A stretch of 64,000 bases of DNA, from NCBI GenBank assembly GCA_903813345.2, contig CAIIXF020000001.1:47926001-47990000 (forward strand), written 5' to 3'. Shown here one piece after another: positions 50,073 to 62,667 of this stretch. The stretch comes from Owenia fusiformis (lineage: Eukaryota). A model generated the notes under the pieces. It ran no database searches and was not told where the DNA came from. It saw nothing but the letters and a program-made list of their open reading frames with translations. Position numbers and translations under genes: made by a program. Each line of letters opens with the position of its first letter. The stretch's first letter is position 1.

Positions 50073-50746
50073 CGATTTCCAGGTGAAGATCTTTCTCTTC
50101 GGTTCCTATTTACAAATGAGAAAAACTACATAACTATGGTATTATATCCACTACATTCAATTATCAATATTCGATGTAATCCACTTTTATAAAGTAAATT
50201 ATATTCCAACATAATAGAATAAATGTTTTAACTTATTAACCCAATACTGCTCCAGGTTTACTATCAAATGTTTGCCAATTTAGATAAAAAATGTTTTAAT
50301 TTTCCATTGAGTAAGTGATTGAGGTGAGTTCAAAAGTGCTCAATACGGACGTTCTTCAAAGGTGCATGTTATTTGAGCGTTTTTATGACACGTTCTTTAG
50401 TTGCGCGTAAAATTAATAGATGAGTTCTTCATGCCAATGCCATTTTGTGTTTCTGTGCTGGGAGAATGGCATGTGTTTAGTATATAGGCTTCTCGCACAA
50501 TACAATAATGATAATCCAATATATTACAACAATGCCTAGATAGTCCACTTGTTGAATGGGGTTTAATACAAGGTAAAAGAGAGTGTTATAGTTTTCTTTT
50601 TAATATAACACATTGCAGAGTGAAAGTGTATTTAATATTAATAACTTAAGAGTAAACTTTTACAAATCAAGCCAAGACCTAAACTTTGAAACGTTAATTT
50701 TCTTACTTCCGCTTTTTAATTATTGATTGTAATAATGTGATAAACA

Positions 50747-50890
50747 AACCCAATATCAGATCATTTCTTGTGATATCATTTTATCGCCTCGTAGATATCA
50801 AACATCAACACTTATTTGCTTCGTTCATTCGTGTTGATATTTGATATGAAATCGTCAATAAAAATGATGTCACTCGAAGATCTGATATTC
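50747..50890. repeat. Hairpin related to 19620-19770 (Crypton-like)
   Basis: aatatcagatc...gatatcaaacatcaacac [gcttcgttcattc] gtgttgatatttgatat...gatctgatatt. Confidence 0.45.
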
Positions 50891-52619
50891 TGTACAAATG
50901 AACAATACAAAGTGACCTCGTTTACTTCTGAAAGTGGGAAGTTTAAGCTTGCATATAAAATCGAAACGCCAACCTATACGTATGACCAATCGCCCATATA
51001 AATGCATCGCTTAAATATTTTCCGTTCGCGTTTAGGGTGTGAAAAACATTGCAAAATCTCCATGACGTTTTGATACGTCAAATGGCAGATCTCTCGCATC
51101 GCTAATTTTTCCGGGCTAAACGAACGATGCTTAGCGAAGTCAATGAAATGTAGCGTATCAGAAGAATTGCATCTCAATTACTCAATTAGCATCATGACCA
51201 GTGAATATTGTAAGACTAGAAATATCGCTTTTTGAACAACAAGTGATCTATATCAAAAGTTATTTTGAGCTTACTCAATAGATATTCTGAAGAGGTCCGA
51301 TATCCGTTGCTTTACTTAATATATATACTTTGAGCTCATAGGAACCTGACTTTATAATAATAATATAATATCTAAGAAACTTTTTGATCGGCCCTTTTAT
51401 AATGTGAAACAAAAATTTAGTGTTCTGAACCAAGGTAATTATACACAGTTTGGCCACTTGAAATATGATCAATATATACATCTATAAATATAATATTATA
51501 TATATAATTATATATACAAAAATATCAACTCCAGTTGAGAATCGAAGGAGTCAAACATATTACCAAAATCTTCCTGTTCGGAAGTTCATCCATTTTGTTA
51601 CGGTAGTGCTCCTCGTGTAGCGAGGAAGAACACGTAGATGCGCATGCTCGATGAATAGAAATGGGCTAATATTGACTTAACGTATATCATATTCAAAAGA
51701 TTATAAGTTTGAAAGGGGATGCAATTGAATTCACGAATGATTGACACATTTAACATTTTTTCTTTGGGGGCGAGACGGGTTAGACAGGTCTTGAAATGAT
51801 ACAGTTTGGGGCACTTATTTAATCATGGAATGAAAGAGGAAACATGCAATGTCAATCAGAGAGAATGACTTCAAAGTATTAATAGAGAGGATTTTGTTGT
51901 TTTTGGACACTTTTTATGGCAGAATTTCAAGTTGAATTATTTCACAAAGCAGGCCAACTGTAAGGCAAACCCTTAGGACAAGTACCACATTAAGTCAATT
52001 CATAAGATGTAATAACTACTAATAAAGCCTTTAATCACCAAAGTAATCTAAGCGTGATATTGCAATTTGACTCTTTTTACTCCCATTTCTTTTTAAATTC
52101 TTATTTTAATCAATTTGAGATGTATTTTAATATTAGTATGTCATTTTATTATCAAATCAAACACTCGAATTGATGGTAATCAAAAAATAACAAACACCAC
52201 AATTTTGAGTGTGGAACTGAATGGCACCTTGTTCCAAATAATTCAAAATAAAAAATCATGTGAAAATCTGATATTCAATGTCAAGCCATATAATGCACTA
52301 GATCTATTGACAAAATTAGGGCGATGGTCTCCTTGAACGGCCTTTGTCGCTTCTAGGTGAATCATTCAGATTCTATATTTCAATGACAGTAAATAATGCT
52401 CTTGGAATGGTTGTTTGACTCGACAAACAACGTCTCAACTGTTTTTAGTGTAGATGTGAAATGTTTTGTTTAATGGACAGGTATCAATTCATCAAAATAT
52501 TTCGGAGTTCATTCATTCAAACAACTAATAACACTTCTTAATTCGTATCCGACGCTGAAAAGGTCAAACAAACTGTATTTCAATGTCACTGGTATATTCT
52601 TGACTTTTATAATTATGAT

Positions 52620-53175
52620 GGATAACTATCTTTCAACTCAATATAATTATTCAATATCACAACGTCAGCAAAGCATTCTTTTTCATTCAATTGCCTACCA
52701 GCTAACAATATTTCATGACCATCAGATTGATAGTCACAATGGTACAGCACTTTGAACAAGATGCCCCAATGTGGCCACCATCGCGCTATTGGCAAATCTG
52801 AACAGGTTGTCAATGATCTGACTACATTTTTCAGCAGGTATGGCCTGAATGACATAGATGATCTGCTTTTTGAGGTCTGCAGTTGTCCTGGGGTTATTCT
52901 CGTACACTCTTTTTTGGTGTATCACCACAGGTTGAAGTTACGTAGGGACATTTTGGATGATAGGTGCAGGTTTGCCGAAAGTGCAATATTGGCCAATGGA
53001 GCATGTTGTTTAAAGTGCTGTAATATTGTGACTTTCAATTTGATGGTCATGAAATATGGAAGGCTGGTAGGAAATTGAATGATGTACAAATGTGCTAAAT
53101 ATCAGGAAGTAATTTCCTAAAATGACAAAGATATGAGGAAAATGGCGACAGGGTTTCCATTTTTTTACCACCCTG
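52620..53175 (-). mobile_element. Tc1/mariner (maT/rosa-like) transposon remnant
   Basis: TA-cagggtggtaaaaaa terminus; KRVYENNPRTTADLKKQI...IQAIPAEKC transposase C-terminus. Confidence 0.7.
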
Positions 53176-53201
53176 TATAAGGATAGATTGTTTTTACTTA
53201 C

Positions 53202-53460
53202 CAATCATCAACATGTGCTGACATATTCAGCTCTGGACTTTATGTCCAAAGGGGGGTAAGAACCCGGGTAAGACACATCGTCAATAAATAATTTAAGTTC
53301 TCACACTGCCTATGTTTAATTGGCTAATTCAAATCGGATGAGGTTAAAAACCAAACGCCAATTGGCGAACGTTCCGGGTATGACGTTCGCCCTTGCTGTA
53401 ACTAGAGTGTAAACTCAGTATTTTTATGTTATACTGTGTTCTGATTGGCCAAAAATACCG
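53202..53460 (-). promoter_or_regulatory. Possible non-coding first exon or promoter of the protease gene
   Basis: Strong ttg|gtaagt donor at 53201 and three CCAAT boxes (near 53320, 53362, 53445) on the minus strand; no transcript evidence. Confidence 0.25.
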
Positions 53461-53929
53461 CGTGACACAAATAAATGACACATTCCCACATAATGGTTCA
53501 TAACCTTTTTGTCTGAAGAAATTCTGACTTGTCGTTTTGCACATTAACACTACAATCCATTTTGAAACTACACAAAAATGATGACTAGCTCACCTTGATG
53601 CACATTTATTAGCGTTACAAAATGTTTCGTCTATTCCTTTGCTGGATGGATCTTACACAAAAATGACACTCACCTTTTGGAACATAATTTTGAAAATAAG
53701 TTATACTGATTTTATCAATGACAACTACGTATTATTTTGAATTTAATTGAATGGACTTCATTTCCGCCCTGAAAGTACAACCTAAAATCATTAGTATGTT
53801 ACAAAACCTGGATGGCATGTTTGTGTAGAATTCATGTGTGTCTGCAAAGGAATGGACGAAATTTAGAGCAAATGTTGAAACGCTCATTATATTTGACCCA
53901 CTTAAGCTACATATCTGAAATTTCTTGAG

Positions 53930-55036
53930 GTGCTTTCGCATTATGTCTACTTTGAAAAACTGTTGTCACAGCAGCTCCAAACAACTTTGCTGACGAGCAG
54001 TGTGAAAGAGCAGGGAGAATGTGTACATGAACTGAGGAGGGAGCAACAGAAGTTAAGGGGAGACTTGAGCCAAAGCCTTGGCACGTTTCAAAAGGATCTC
54101 TCCCTTGGACTCAGTTCAGTTCATGGAGCCCTACAATCCATTGCTCAAACTATAGAGCAGTCAAGATCCCCACCAGAGGAGATAAAGAGGAAACATATTC
54201 GGGGGAGCAGTGTTAACCCAATGGCACAGGAGTGGCAGGTATACCAGGATCCCATCACAGAGCACCAACTTAAGTCCCATTCAAGATACAGAGGAATAAG
54301 TCCCCGTGAGTGTGGGCAGGTGCAGTTGGAAGATAACTTTCCAAGAGAAGACACACCAATGATGTTTGAACCAGTCCCTGGGGAGTCGGGAGGTTGGCTG
54401 TCTCCATATTTGGTTCGTGAGACACGGGTAAAGCAGAAACAGGAAACTGCCTGTCAGCAAGATGACCCAGTACGCTCCACTTGGGAGAAAAGGACCACAT
54501 ATGGAGAGCCTCCACTGTCTCCTCCTGGAATGAGATATCAAGCTCATCCGGCGGAGGATAAGTCACATCTGGAAGGGGGGAGTAATGGCCCTGTGAAAGG
54601 AATGCAGAGGGATTCCGATCCATTGTCTTCCTATATTGAGGATAGCGAAGAGTCCAGTGGTGTTGTGCCGAAACTTACTTCTTTGAGTAGAAGAGCAGAG
54701 AAAACAGTGGTGAAAGAAAGTCCTCAGCCCAGGTACACGCCTGAGTTGAAACAGAAGTGGCATCCAGATGAGGGGGTTGATCACCACTTAATGATGGGGA
54801 ACCCACACCTGGAGCAACCATCCCACAGTATTGATAACAAGACAAATATAGCTGACCAAGACAAAATCAAGACCGTGACTCAGATGCATCTGACAGCGAA
54901 GAGAGCAGGGATAAAGAAGCTTCCATCTCTTCTGATACTTCGGCCAGGGATTCAGTTCTGCAAATGGCTCAGAAAGCTATCGAAATTTGCGGAAAAGCAG
55001 TCGAATCGTCAAACACAGGGAAAAATACAAGGATAA
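53930..55036 (+). pseudogene. Gag N-terminal coiled-coil/low-complexity region, frameshifted from the capsid ORF
   Basis: VHELRREQQKLRGDLSQSL coiled coil; overlaps the next ORF in another frame. Confidence 0.6.
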
Positions 55037-56619
55037 AACCCACACAAACGTTTGATGGATCACATCCCTGGCCAGAGTATAAGGCATATTTTCAAACATG
55101 TGTTGAAAACAATAACTGGAATGACAAAGAGAAGGCTCAGTACTTAGCCACTAACTTAAGAGGAGATGCCCAGCAGATTGTCCTGGAATTAGAGAGGGGC
55201 TACTCTTATGAAGACCTACTGGAAGCCTTGGAGAAGAGGTTCGGCCCAGGCGGCAAGGCAGATGTGTATGAGGCTAAGCTGTGCAGTCGAAAAAGAAAGC
55301 CTCGAGAATCTTTGCAAAGTCTTGGGCAACACATACGAAGACTGACCTCCATGGCATACCCGGAAATGAGCCGGGATGCTCAAGATAGGCTCGCTCGAAG
55401 GAGCTTTGAACAGGCAATCCCAGATGAGGAGCTAAGGCGAGCCATACACCGAAAGGAGCCATCCACACTAGACAAGAGCATTGAGATTGCTCTTAGAGAG
55501 GAGAGCTATCAAGAGTCTGAGAGGATTAGACAAGGGCTCAAAGGGAGGACTAAGGAGCAAAGAATCTCGACGGTGGAAGAAGACTCGTCTGAATTCACCA
55601 AGCTCTTACATGGATTAAAGAGGGAATTGCTGACGGAAATGAAGAATCTCTTAAAGAAAGAAGAGAGTCCGAAACCTCCAGTGAGAGATGGTAGGAGGTA
55701 TCCCTGTAAGAGCTACGGGGAACGAGGCCATTCAATGACCTCTTGCTCTCAAACCAAGTGTTACAACTGTGATGGGCTAGGTCATATTGCTTCCTCTTGT
55801 CCTGAGCCTCAGGGACACCGTAATGATTCAAGATTCAGCAATACCAGCCCTATTAGGTTTTTGTTCAATAACAATGTTGACCTGCAGCCTGGTAGTAAGC
55901 AAGTGGTGCGGAAGATTCTTGCAGATGCAAAGTTTTGTGGAACTTCCATGCAGTTCCTCATTGATTCTGGGTCCGTGCAGAACATGATCAGCATAGAAAG
56001 CTACCAGAAGATACCTCTTTGTCGACGACCCAGTTTGAAGCCTCCATCTCAAGTATTCGTACAAGCTGATGGATCTCCCCTTTCCACGTATGGTGAGATT
56101 ACTGGAGAGATAAAGATAGAAGGGAGAACAACATTGACTACAGCAGTGGTAGCTGATATTGCTCAAGCTGGTATTATTGGAGTAGAATACATGTCCACCA
56201 GTGGAGCTGTAATAAACTTCAACAAGTTGGAGATGATTTTTGATGACGGGGAGATGACAAAGCGACACCATGTGCAAGATAAGCAGACTCAAAGAACTAA
56301 GACAACATCATCGAATGCGCTTAAGAAGCAGACGCAGTCATCCTCGGACAGAGCCTCGCCACCACTACCCATGCAAAGATCTAAGAAAAACGAGAGGAGA
56401 GTAACATTTACCGAGGTTCTAAAGCAGAATAAGAAGGCAGCCTTTGATAAGAATGTTGATGCTGAGGATAGTGACCTGGAAGAAGAGGAAGCCGAAAAAC
56501 CAAGAGTTATGGCCAGGGAACAACACAAGGAAGAGAATTCTACTGGGTCTGATCCACCATACCCCTTTGCCCCTCGGTCAACTGATGGCAGACGAGGACA
56601 TTCCACCCTATTCAAGTAA
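54964..56619 (+). CDS. Gag capsid, CCHC zinc knuckle and aspartic protease
   Basis: FDGSHPWPEYKAYF...WNDKEKAQYLATNLRGDA; CYNCDGLGHIASSC; FLIDSGS...GIIGVEYM. Confidence 0.88.
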   Translation: MAQKAIEICGKAVESSNTGKNTRIKPTQTFDGSHPWPEYKAYFQTCVENNNWNDKEKAQYLATNLRGDAQQIVLELERGYSYEDLLEALEKRFGPGGKADVYEAKLCSRKRKPRESLQSLGQHIRRLTSMAYPEMSRDAQDRLARRSFEQAIPDEELRRAIHRKEPSTLDKSIEIALREESYQESERIRQGLKGRTKEQRISTVEEDSSEFTKLLHGLKRELLTEMKNLLKKEESPKPPVRDGRRYPCKSYGERGHSMTSCSQTKCYNCDGLGHIASSCPEPQGHRNDSRFSNTSPIRFLFNNNVDLQPGSKQVVRKILADAKFCGTSMQFLIDSGSVQNMISIESYQKIPLCRRPSLKPPSQVFVQADGSPLSTYGEITGEIKIEGRTTLTTAVVADIAQAGIIGVEYMSTSGAVINFNKLEMIFDDGEMTKRHHVQDKQTQRTKTTSSNALKKQTQSSSDRASPPLPMQRSKKNERRVTFTEVLKQNKKAAFDKNVDAEDSDLEEEEAEKPRVMAREQHKEENSTGSDPPYPFAPRSTDGRRGHSTLFK

Positions 56620-57322
56620 GCTGTTAAAGGTCCACATTGCTCCTACAGAGGAGGCAAGTCAGATGGGGATCATCGAATCGGTGTTACCAGATGCTCTAGA
56701 ATCTGATGAAGTGGAGGTGGTTACTTCCCTGACAGAGGCACGAGATGGGATTGCTCCAATCAAGCTGAGGAATTGTTCTGCGCATCCAGTTAGATTGGAG
56801 ATGGGCACAATACTTGGTGTGTTTAGCTCAGTGGAGAATCTAGTGTCTCATTTAGAAGAGCCCCCAGAAGCAGTAAATCGAATCTCAGAGAAGAGAGAGC
56901 CAGTGGACAAAGAGCCGATGGCAGGACAGTTGAAAGATCGTCCACTGATAGAAGAACAAGGGGAAAGAAATCCAGCCGTGTCAACTAAGCCAAGAAAAAG
57001 GAGGGGGAAGCATTCGAGGTCACAATTCAGGCCAAGGACCTGTGAGAGAAACAAACCTGCAAACGAGTATGCCAGAAAGAGGACTCTGCACAGGGAGGGT
57101 TATCTCAGGAGCTCCTCACACCAGTGGTACTATCCAGCTAAGAGCTCCCCTTGTGAGAGGAACTATCCTTCTAAGAATTCATCGTACAAGGAGCATCCTC
57201 CAAAGAGCTCAATGCATCAGAAAACAAGTCCAATTGGTGCCCCTCCATGGAGCATACCTAAGTCAGCGAGCAAACGTCAGAAAGACCAAGAGTCTTGGAG
57301 AGCTGTTAAGCTTTTCCTTTAA
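56444..57322 (+). pseudogene. Post-protease dUTPase-fold-like segment and basic tail (frameshifted)
   Basis: IPPYSSKLLKV...APIKLRNCSAHPVRLEMGTILG, typical of the gypsy pro-RT linker; no YxDD follows. Confidence 0.55.
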
Positions 57323-57437
57323 AGAAGGCACCAGGAGTCAAGAGAGTAAAGACAGTTATCAGTTACAGTACATTTGTTTTTATAGTTTGCAGGAATTTTG
57401 TTTTATGTGAGGGCACATAAAAGCTAGAAGGGGGGTA

Positions 57438-59323
57438 TGTGGGAAAATTTCATTTTTTTTGTTTATCCTGGTCTATTTATGCAAGGGATAGGGAAACCCC
57501 TGCTCACAAGTGGGTATTCCAAGACAGGAAGGGGAATCCCCTCAATTGCTGCAATGCAGTGCCCCTGATTTCAAAATGTGTTCACCTGTGCCTGTGACTC
57601 ATGCCATCATGTGAGGAGAACGAAGGTCGCCATCTTGAAGGAAGCAGCGTGAATCAAAGGTTGGAAGAAAATCCACATTTATCACACTTTAGAGTAGCCA
57701 TCTGCCAAGGATTCGGGATTAATAACGAATGATAAAGCGGGAAGATGCACCAGGAGGTTCTTGAAGGAGAAACAACAGAGAAAACCTGAATTTTTGGCAA
57801 CTTAGAGAAAGAAGCATTTATTCGGGTGAGGTTTTTCCTTTTTGTAATTTGATTTTATGGCCAGCATGCTACTAGGTGCCTCTGACTGACTATAATTTTT
57901 AATTTCATGTGTACCAGAATGTGTAACTTTATGGCCAGCATGCTACTGGGATGCCTCTGACTGACTGTAGTTATAATTCAACGGGTATTGAGATTTATCG
58001 TGCGTCGCCATTTTGTGTCCCAGACTTGCTAAAGTGAGATATTTGTCAGATTTAATGTAAAACAACACTGTGTCATTAATTGCCTAAAGTGTTGTCAAGA
58101 ATTCTTCACAGTTCAGTGCTGTCCTAGGGGAAGCAGCAAGGAACAACCTGGAAGCAGCCTTGCATTATCGTTAGGTGAAATTGGGAAACTTCCCAACACG
58201 GCGAACTAATTTTGTCAGTTGGTTTCACCGCTGACAGAAATAGTTCCAGGAAGACTTCCATCGCATCGGGCAGTGAGGAGCCTTCCCAGAAAACTCAAGA
58301 GCCATAGAGGCAGAGCAAGGCTAAAGAGCCAGAAGAGTCAAGTCAAGAGTCACAGTGAACTATTTTGTCAGTTGGTTTCACCGCTGACGGAAATAGTTCC
58401 AGGAAGACTTCTAGAGCAACGAGCAGCTAGGAGCCTTCCCAGTAAGAAGAGGAACTAAGCTCAGGGCCAGAGGAGCCAGGCTGAAGAGCTGAACGAGGAG
58501 CCAGAGGAGCCACGTTCAGGAGCCAAAGGAGCCAAGTTCAGGAGCCAGAGGAACTAAGCTCAAGGGCCAGAGAAGCGAGGCTAAAGAGCCAAAGAGCTGA
58601 ACGAGGAGCCAGAGGAGCCAAGTTCAGGAGCCAGAGGAGCCACGTTCAGGAGCCAGGCTAAAGAGCCAAAGGGCTGAACTAGGAGCAAGAGGAGCCAAGT
58701 TCAAGAGCCAGAGGAGCCAGTCTAAAGAGCTGAACGAAGAGCCAGAGGAGCCACGTTCAGGAGCCAGAGGAACCGAGCTCAAGAGCCAGAGGAGCCAGGC
58801 TAAGAGCCAAAGAGCCGAACGAGGAGCCAGAGGAGCCAAGCTCAAGAGCCAGAGGAGCCACGTTCAGGAGCCAAGCTCAAGAGGCAGAGGAGCCAGGCTA
58901 AGAGCCAAAGAGCTGAACGAGGAGCCCGAGGAGCCAAGTTCAGGAGCCAGAGGAGCCAAGCTAAAGAGCCAAAGAGCTGGACGAAGAGCCAGAGGAGCCA
59001 CGTTCAGGAGCCAGAGGAACCAAGTTCAAGAGCCAGAGGAGCCAGGCTACAGAGCCCAGGGAGCCAAGCAAAGAGCTAATAACGCAGCAACAGCCGACAT
59101 CCATCCTACAAAGAGAATTATAGTGACATTTTAGTTTATGAACATTAAAGTGTGTTATTTTCCTGTATTAATAGTTGTGTATAAATATATGTATTAAATT
59201 GGAAGCCATTTGTGACTGTCGTTTTATCCAGTCCACCAAACCAGGACTGGGCCCACCAGGGAGTGTAAGGTAGAAAGATAACTCATCACTTCCAGACTAC
59301 CAGCAAAAGTCTGGAACGCGACA
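57438..59323 (+). repeat. 3' LTR (about 1.9 kb) with internal tandem repeats
   Basis: Starts TGT 2 nt after the PPT; ends cgcgACA after attaaa signals and a ttccagact/agtctggaa hairpin. Confidence 0.7.
58290..59075 (+). repeat. Purine-rich GAGCCA-based complex tandem array inside the LTR
   Basis: Recurrent gagccagagg, gagccacgttcag and gagctgaacgag modules. Confidence 0.95.
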
Positions 59324-60029
59324 ATATATTAATAGACAAACAAGTTATGCAATGTAAAGTGGGTGTCATTTTTTGTGTCACCCTGAAGATGCGCTTGCCT
59401 ACTTAAATGCACAACTCAATATATGGTTCAGTGCCTTTCGGGTTATGGGTTATGTAATTAGTTTTAACCCGTTTTGATCGTGATATCATGTACGGCCTTT
59501 TTGACATTGGCTTCCCGAGATTCGAAGAAACGAAAATCAGATTCATATTTATAAAAATATACACAAAAATTGTATCTAGATTGACTTGTAAGTAGTGTTT
59601 TGATGAATTTAATTGTATGTTGATCCCATAATCACCGAAATGGCACTTTTAACCGGAAGATGGATCTCGGAAAACTCGCGCATAACATATTTGTTCACGA
59701 CTCGTATGAACAACAAAGGGTGGACCAAAATTGAAGCCATGAATATATAAATATCATAGTCTCAAGTCACATTCAAAGTTGAACGATTTTGTTAATATAT
59801 TTTATTCCTACTTTTTGGCACACGAGGTTACCATAATTTTGACCATTCTTTCCAGTTCTACAAAAAAAGTCATAAAACGGGCTAAATCTTGCTGTGGTCG
59901 GGAAATAATTAGGTACTTCGTTCATAAACAGTCTCCAATACGTCCATCTCATTCGCAGTTCATTCAAGTCGCACCATGTCGGGGTGTACACATACTGCAG
60001 TTGATATCCGATTGCACAACGTCATGTAA

Positions 60030-60550
60030 AGCCCGGTATACACCAATGGGGCAAAATCCCACTTGCCCCATCGAGTCCCATCTTGCCCCATCGAATCCCA
60101 ATTTGCCCCATCGAATCCCACGAAGTCCCATGGGACTTTGATGACTTTGCCCCATCGTGTCCCATGGAGTCCCATCAAGCCCCATGGAGTCCCATCAAAT
60201 CCCACCGTGCCCCATTGGTGTATGTCGGGCTTCACACAACACGTCATATGATCGAAAATCCCACGATGCCCCATGGAAAGAATGAACCTGTTCATTCTCG
60301 ATGGGACTCCATGGGACTTCGTGGGATTTTGCCCCATCTTGCCCCATCGAGTCCTACCGAGTCCCACGTGGGACTTCATGGGACCTCATGGGACCTCGTG
60401 GGACTCGATGGGGCAAGATGGGGCAAAATCCCAGGGAGTCCATGGAGTCCCACGGACTTCATGGGGCAAAATCCCAAAAGGTCCCACGAGGTCCCACGCA
60501 ATGTTAAGTCTATGGAGGTCCCAACTTGCCCCATTGGTGTATACCGGGCT
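60030..60550. mobile_element. PIF/Harbinger-like MITE
   Basis: TAA-agcccggtatacaccaatggggcaa...ttgccccattggtgtataccgggct-TAA; internal about 10-bp ccca repeats. Confidence 0.85.
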
Positions 60551-60838
60551 TAACGCGTCCCTAGCAGGATCGAACTACGGTAATTTACGTTCCTAGTCTT
60601 GTAGGTCATCTCGTTTGAAGTACGTTGTCCCATGATCTAATAAAAAACGGTATGGTCGCCATCGAATTTGAAATGATTCAAAATATTAAATCACCTTCCC
60701 GTCATAGCACGTTCGCGAAGTTCATAAATAGATCATAGAAAGTTGCAGCTACGTTCATTCCGTTTGTACACAGTTAAAACCAGTTCGGCAACGTTTTTAA
60801 GAACGCAGTGTCAACTAGTTTGGTGTAATAGCTATATT

Positions 60839-61269
60839 ACCCTACTATCACACCAAACTAGTTCTCACTACGTTCTCGAAAACGGGCCTAAACTGTGCGC
60901 GAACGGATTTGACGTACTAAGAACCCACTCAGAACCGTTTGGGATCTGTTTACAAACTCCATGAAACTACTAGAACGAGTAGGTCCTTCAGAACTTAAAG
61001 CATGATCAAAATTTTCTGGTGATCGTCAAAACGTTGCCGAATCGGTTTTAAACTGTGTGCGAACTGAATGAACGTAGCTACAACGTTCTACGGTCTGTTT
61101 ACGAACTTCATGAACTTTCCCGGACGGGGAATGTGATTTAGATGAACAAAGTAGCTAATTATTTTAGACATATTTCCCGACCACAGCCAGATTGAGCCCG
61201 TTTTACGACGTTTTCGTAGGACTGGCAAGAACGGGTAAGACTAAGAACTAGTTTGGTGTGATAGGGGGT
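60839..61269. mobile_element. Harbinger-like MITE, part of a cluster at about 59800-61270
   Basis: ctatcacaccaaactagttct / agaactagtttggtgtgatag inverted repeats; another end at about 60812-60833. Confidence 0.6.
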
Positions 61270-61674
61270 TGATATGTTATGTCATGTAAATATTCATATA
61301 TAACCAGTCTTTAATACGTTTTTAATCAGTTTAAACCCGTTTGTAATTAGTTTTTCCCCGTTTTCAATACGTCCTCAGACAAATCAACTCGTTCTAAAAA
61401 AAGTCCCTACGAGGGGGATTATTGACATTCTCTCTTGAAAATTCATAAATGCCGAACGTTACACACCGGACAACCGTGTAGTAACTTAGTAAGTAGCCAT
61501 TTTTATTGTGAAAGGACTTCGTCGACCATTATGACATTAACGGTTTCTTTAACAACTAGTGTCTGAGAAAGCTGAGAATCTTTGTCTCAAAACTGTATCT
61601 GTGTGAAAAATGGTTATTTTGTTTTCAATTCATCTGGTATTGCGATCCATGTAGGAAGTACGATTGTCTAAATA

Positions 61675-62667
61675 CAGGGTGACCGGAAAAAAAGGAGACC
61701 ATTGAAGTAATCAATTTCTCCTAAACTAGACAAGTGCCATCAATGAAATTTTGCATACACTGGAACAGTTATATGGAAATTTGTTACTGAAGGTTTCAAT
61801 ACAAGCATTCAACTGGTTCAGGAGCTATGATCATTTACATAACATGCTCCAAATAGGCACAATTGAGACCAACGCAGAGTTGGATTCATATGGCAAACTA
61901 CCCTTACATGTTCTGCCCTCTATGGCATTATTATGGCATAACATATAGCAGTGATTGCCTTCTTTAGGTCAACAATAGTCTGAGGATTGTTTTGGTATAG
62001 ATTGTCTTTCAAATATCCATACAAAAAGAAATCAGCAGGATTCAAGTCTAGGCTGTAATGGCAATGAAGGGTTATCTGACATGTGGTTCATCATCCTGTT
62101 GCCAAAGTGCTGATTTACCAAATCTTAAGAGTCACTTTAGGTATTGGGCATAGTGCCATGTTACTAAAACCACTATATGGCACAATTAAATCCCATATGA
62201 AAACCAAGGGCTGCCCAAAACCTCCTTAGGATGATACTGTAACTGAGTGGGACCACTGAGTCAGAAGCCATAGGTCAGATAAGCTTCGTCTCCATACACC
62301 TCAAATTTGAATCCACCTGATTTCTTTTTGTGGGGCAATTTGAAAGACAATGTGTACCAAAACAATCCTGAGACAATTGCTGACCTAAAGGTGGCAATAA
62401 ATGCTAAATGTAATGCCATAACAAGGTCGGAATATGTAAGGGTATTTGCCAAATGTATCCAGCTCTGCGTTGGTCTCAATTGCGCCTATTTGGAGCATGT
62501 TATGTAAATGATCATAGCTCCTGAACCAGTTGACTGCTTGTATTGACACTTTCAGGAACAAATTTCCATAGAACTGTCCTGATGTATGCAAAATTTCATT
62601 GATGTCACTAGTCTATTTTAGGAGATATTGCCTATTTCAATGGTCTCCTTTTTTTCCGGTCACCCTG
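61675..62667. mobile_element. Palindromic Tc1/mariner derivative built from two transposase 3' ends
   Basis: TA-cagggtgaccggaaaaaaaggagacc...ggtctccttttttccggtcaccctg-TA; NPPDFFLWGNLKDNVYQNNPETIADLK on the plus strand, with a decayed mirror copy on the minus strand. Confidence 0.88.

Larger units (their letters stand above)
53965..59323 (+). mobile_element. Ty3/gypsy-type LTR retroelement, gag-pro only, 5' LTR missing
   Basis: Abrupt GC rise; gag capsid, zinc knuckle and protease ORFs; PPT agaagggggg at 57426-57435; TG...CA LTR. Confidence 0.85.

Noticed and set aside
54850..55036. Programmed ribosomal frameshift between the gag ORFs
   Set aside because: Nearby stop codons and a second frameshift later point to mutational decay. 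A family consensus would be needed to claim recoding.
58624..58845. Hydrophobic membrane-peptide ORF
   Set aside because: It is the antisense translation of the GAGCCA array.
59960..60596. Cluster of overlapping ORFs on both strands
   Set aside because: These are artefacts of GC-rich 10-bp repeats inside a Harbinger-like MITE.
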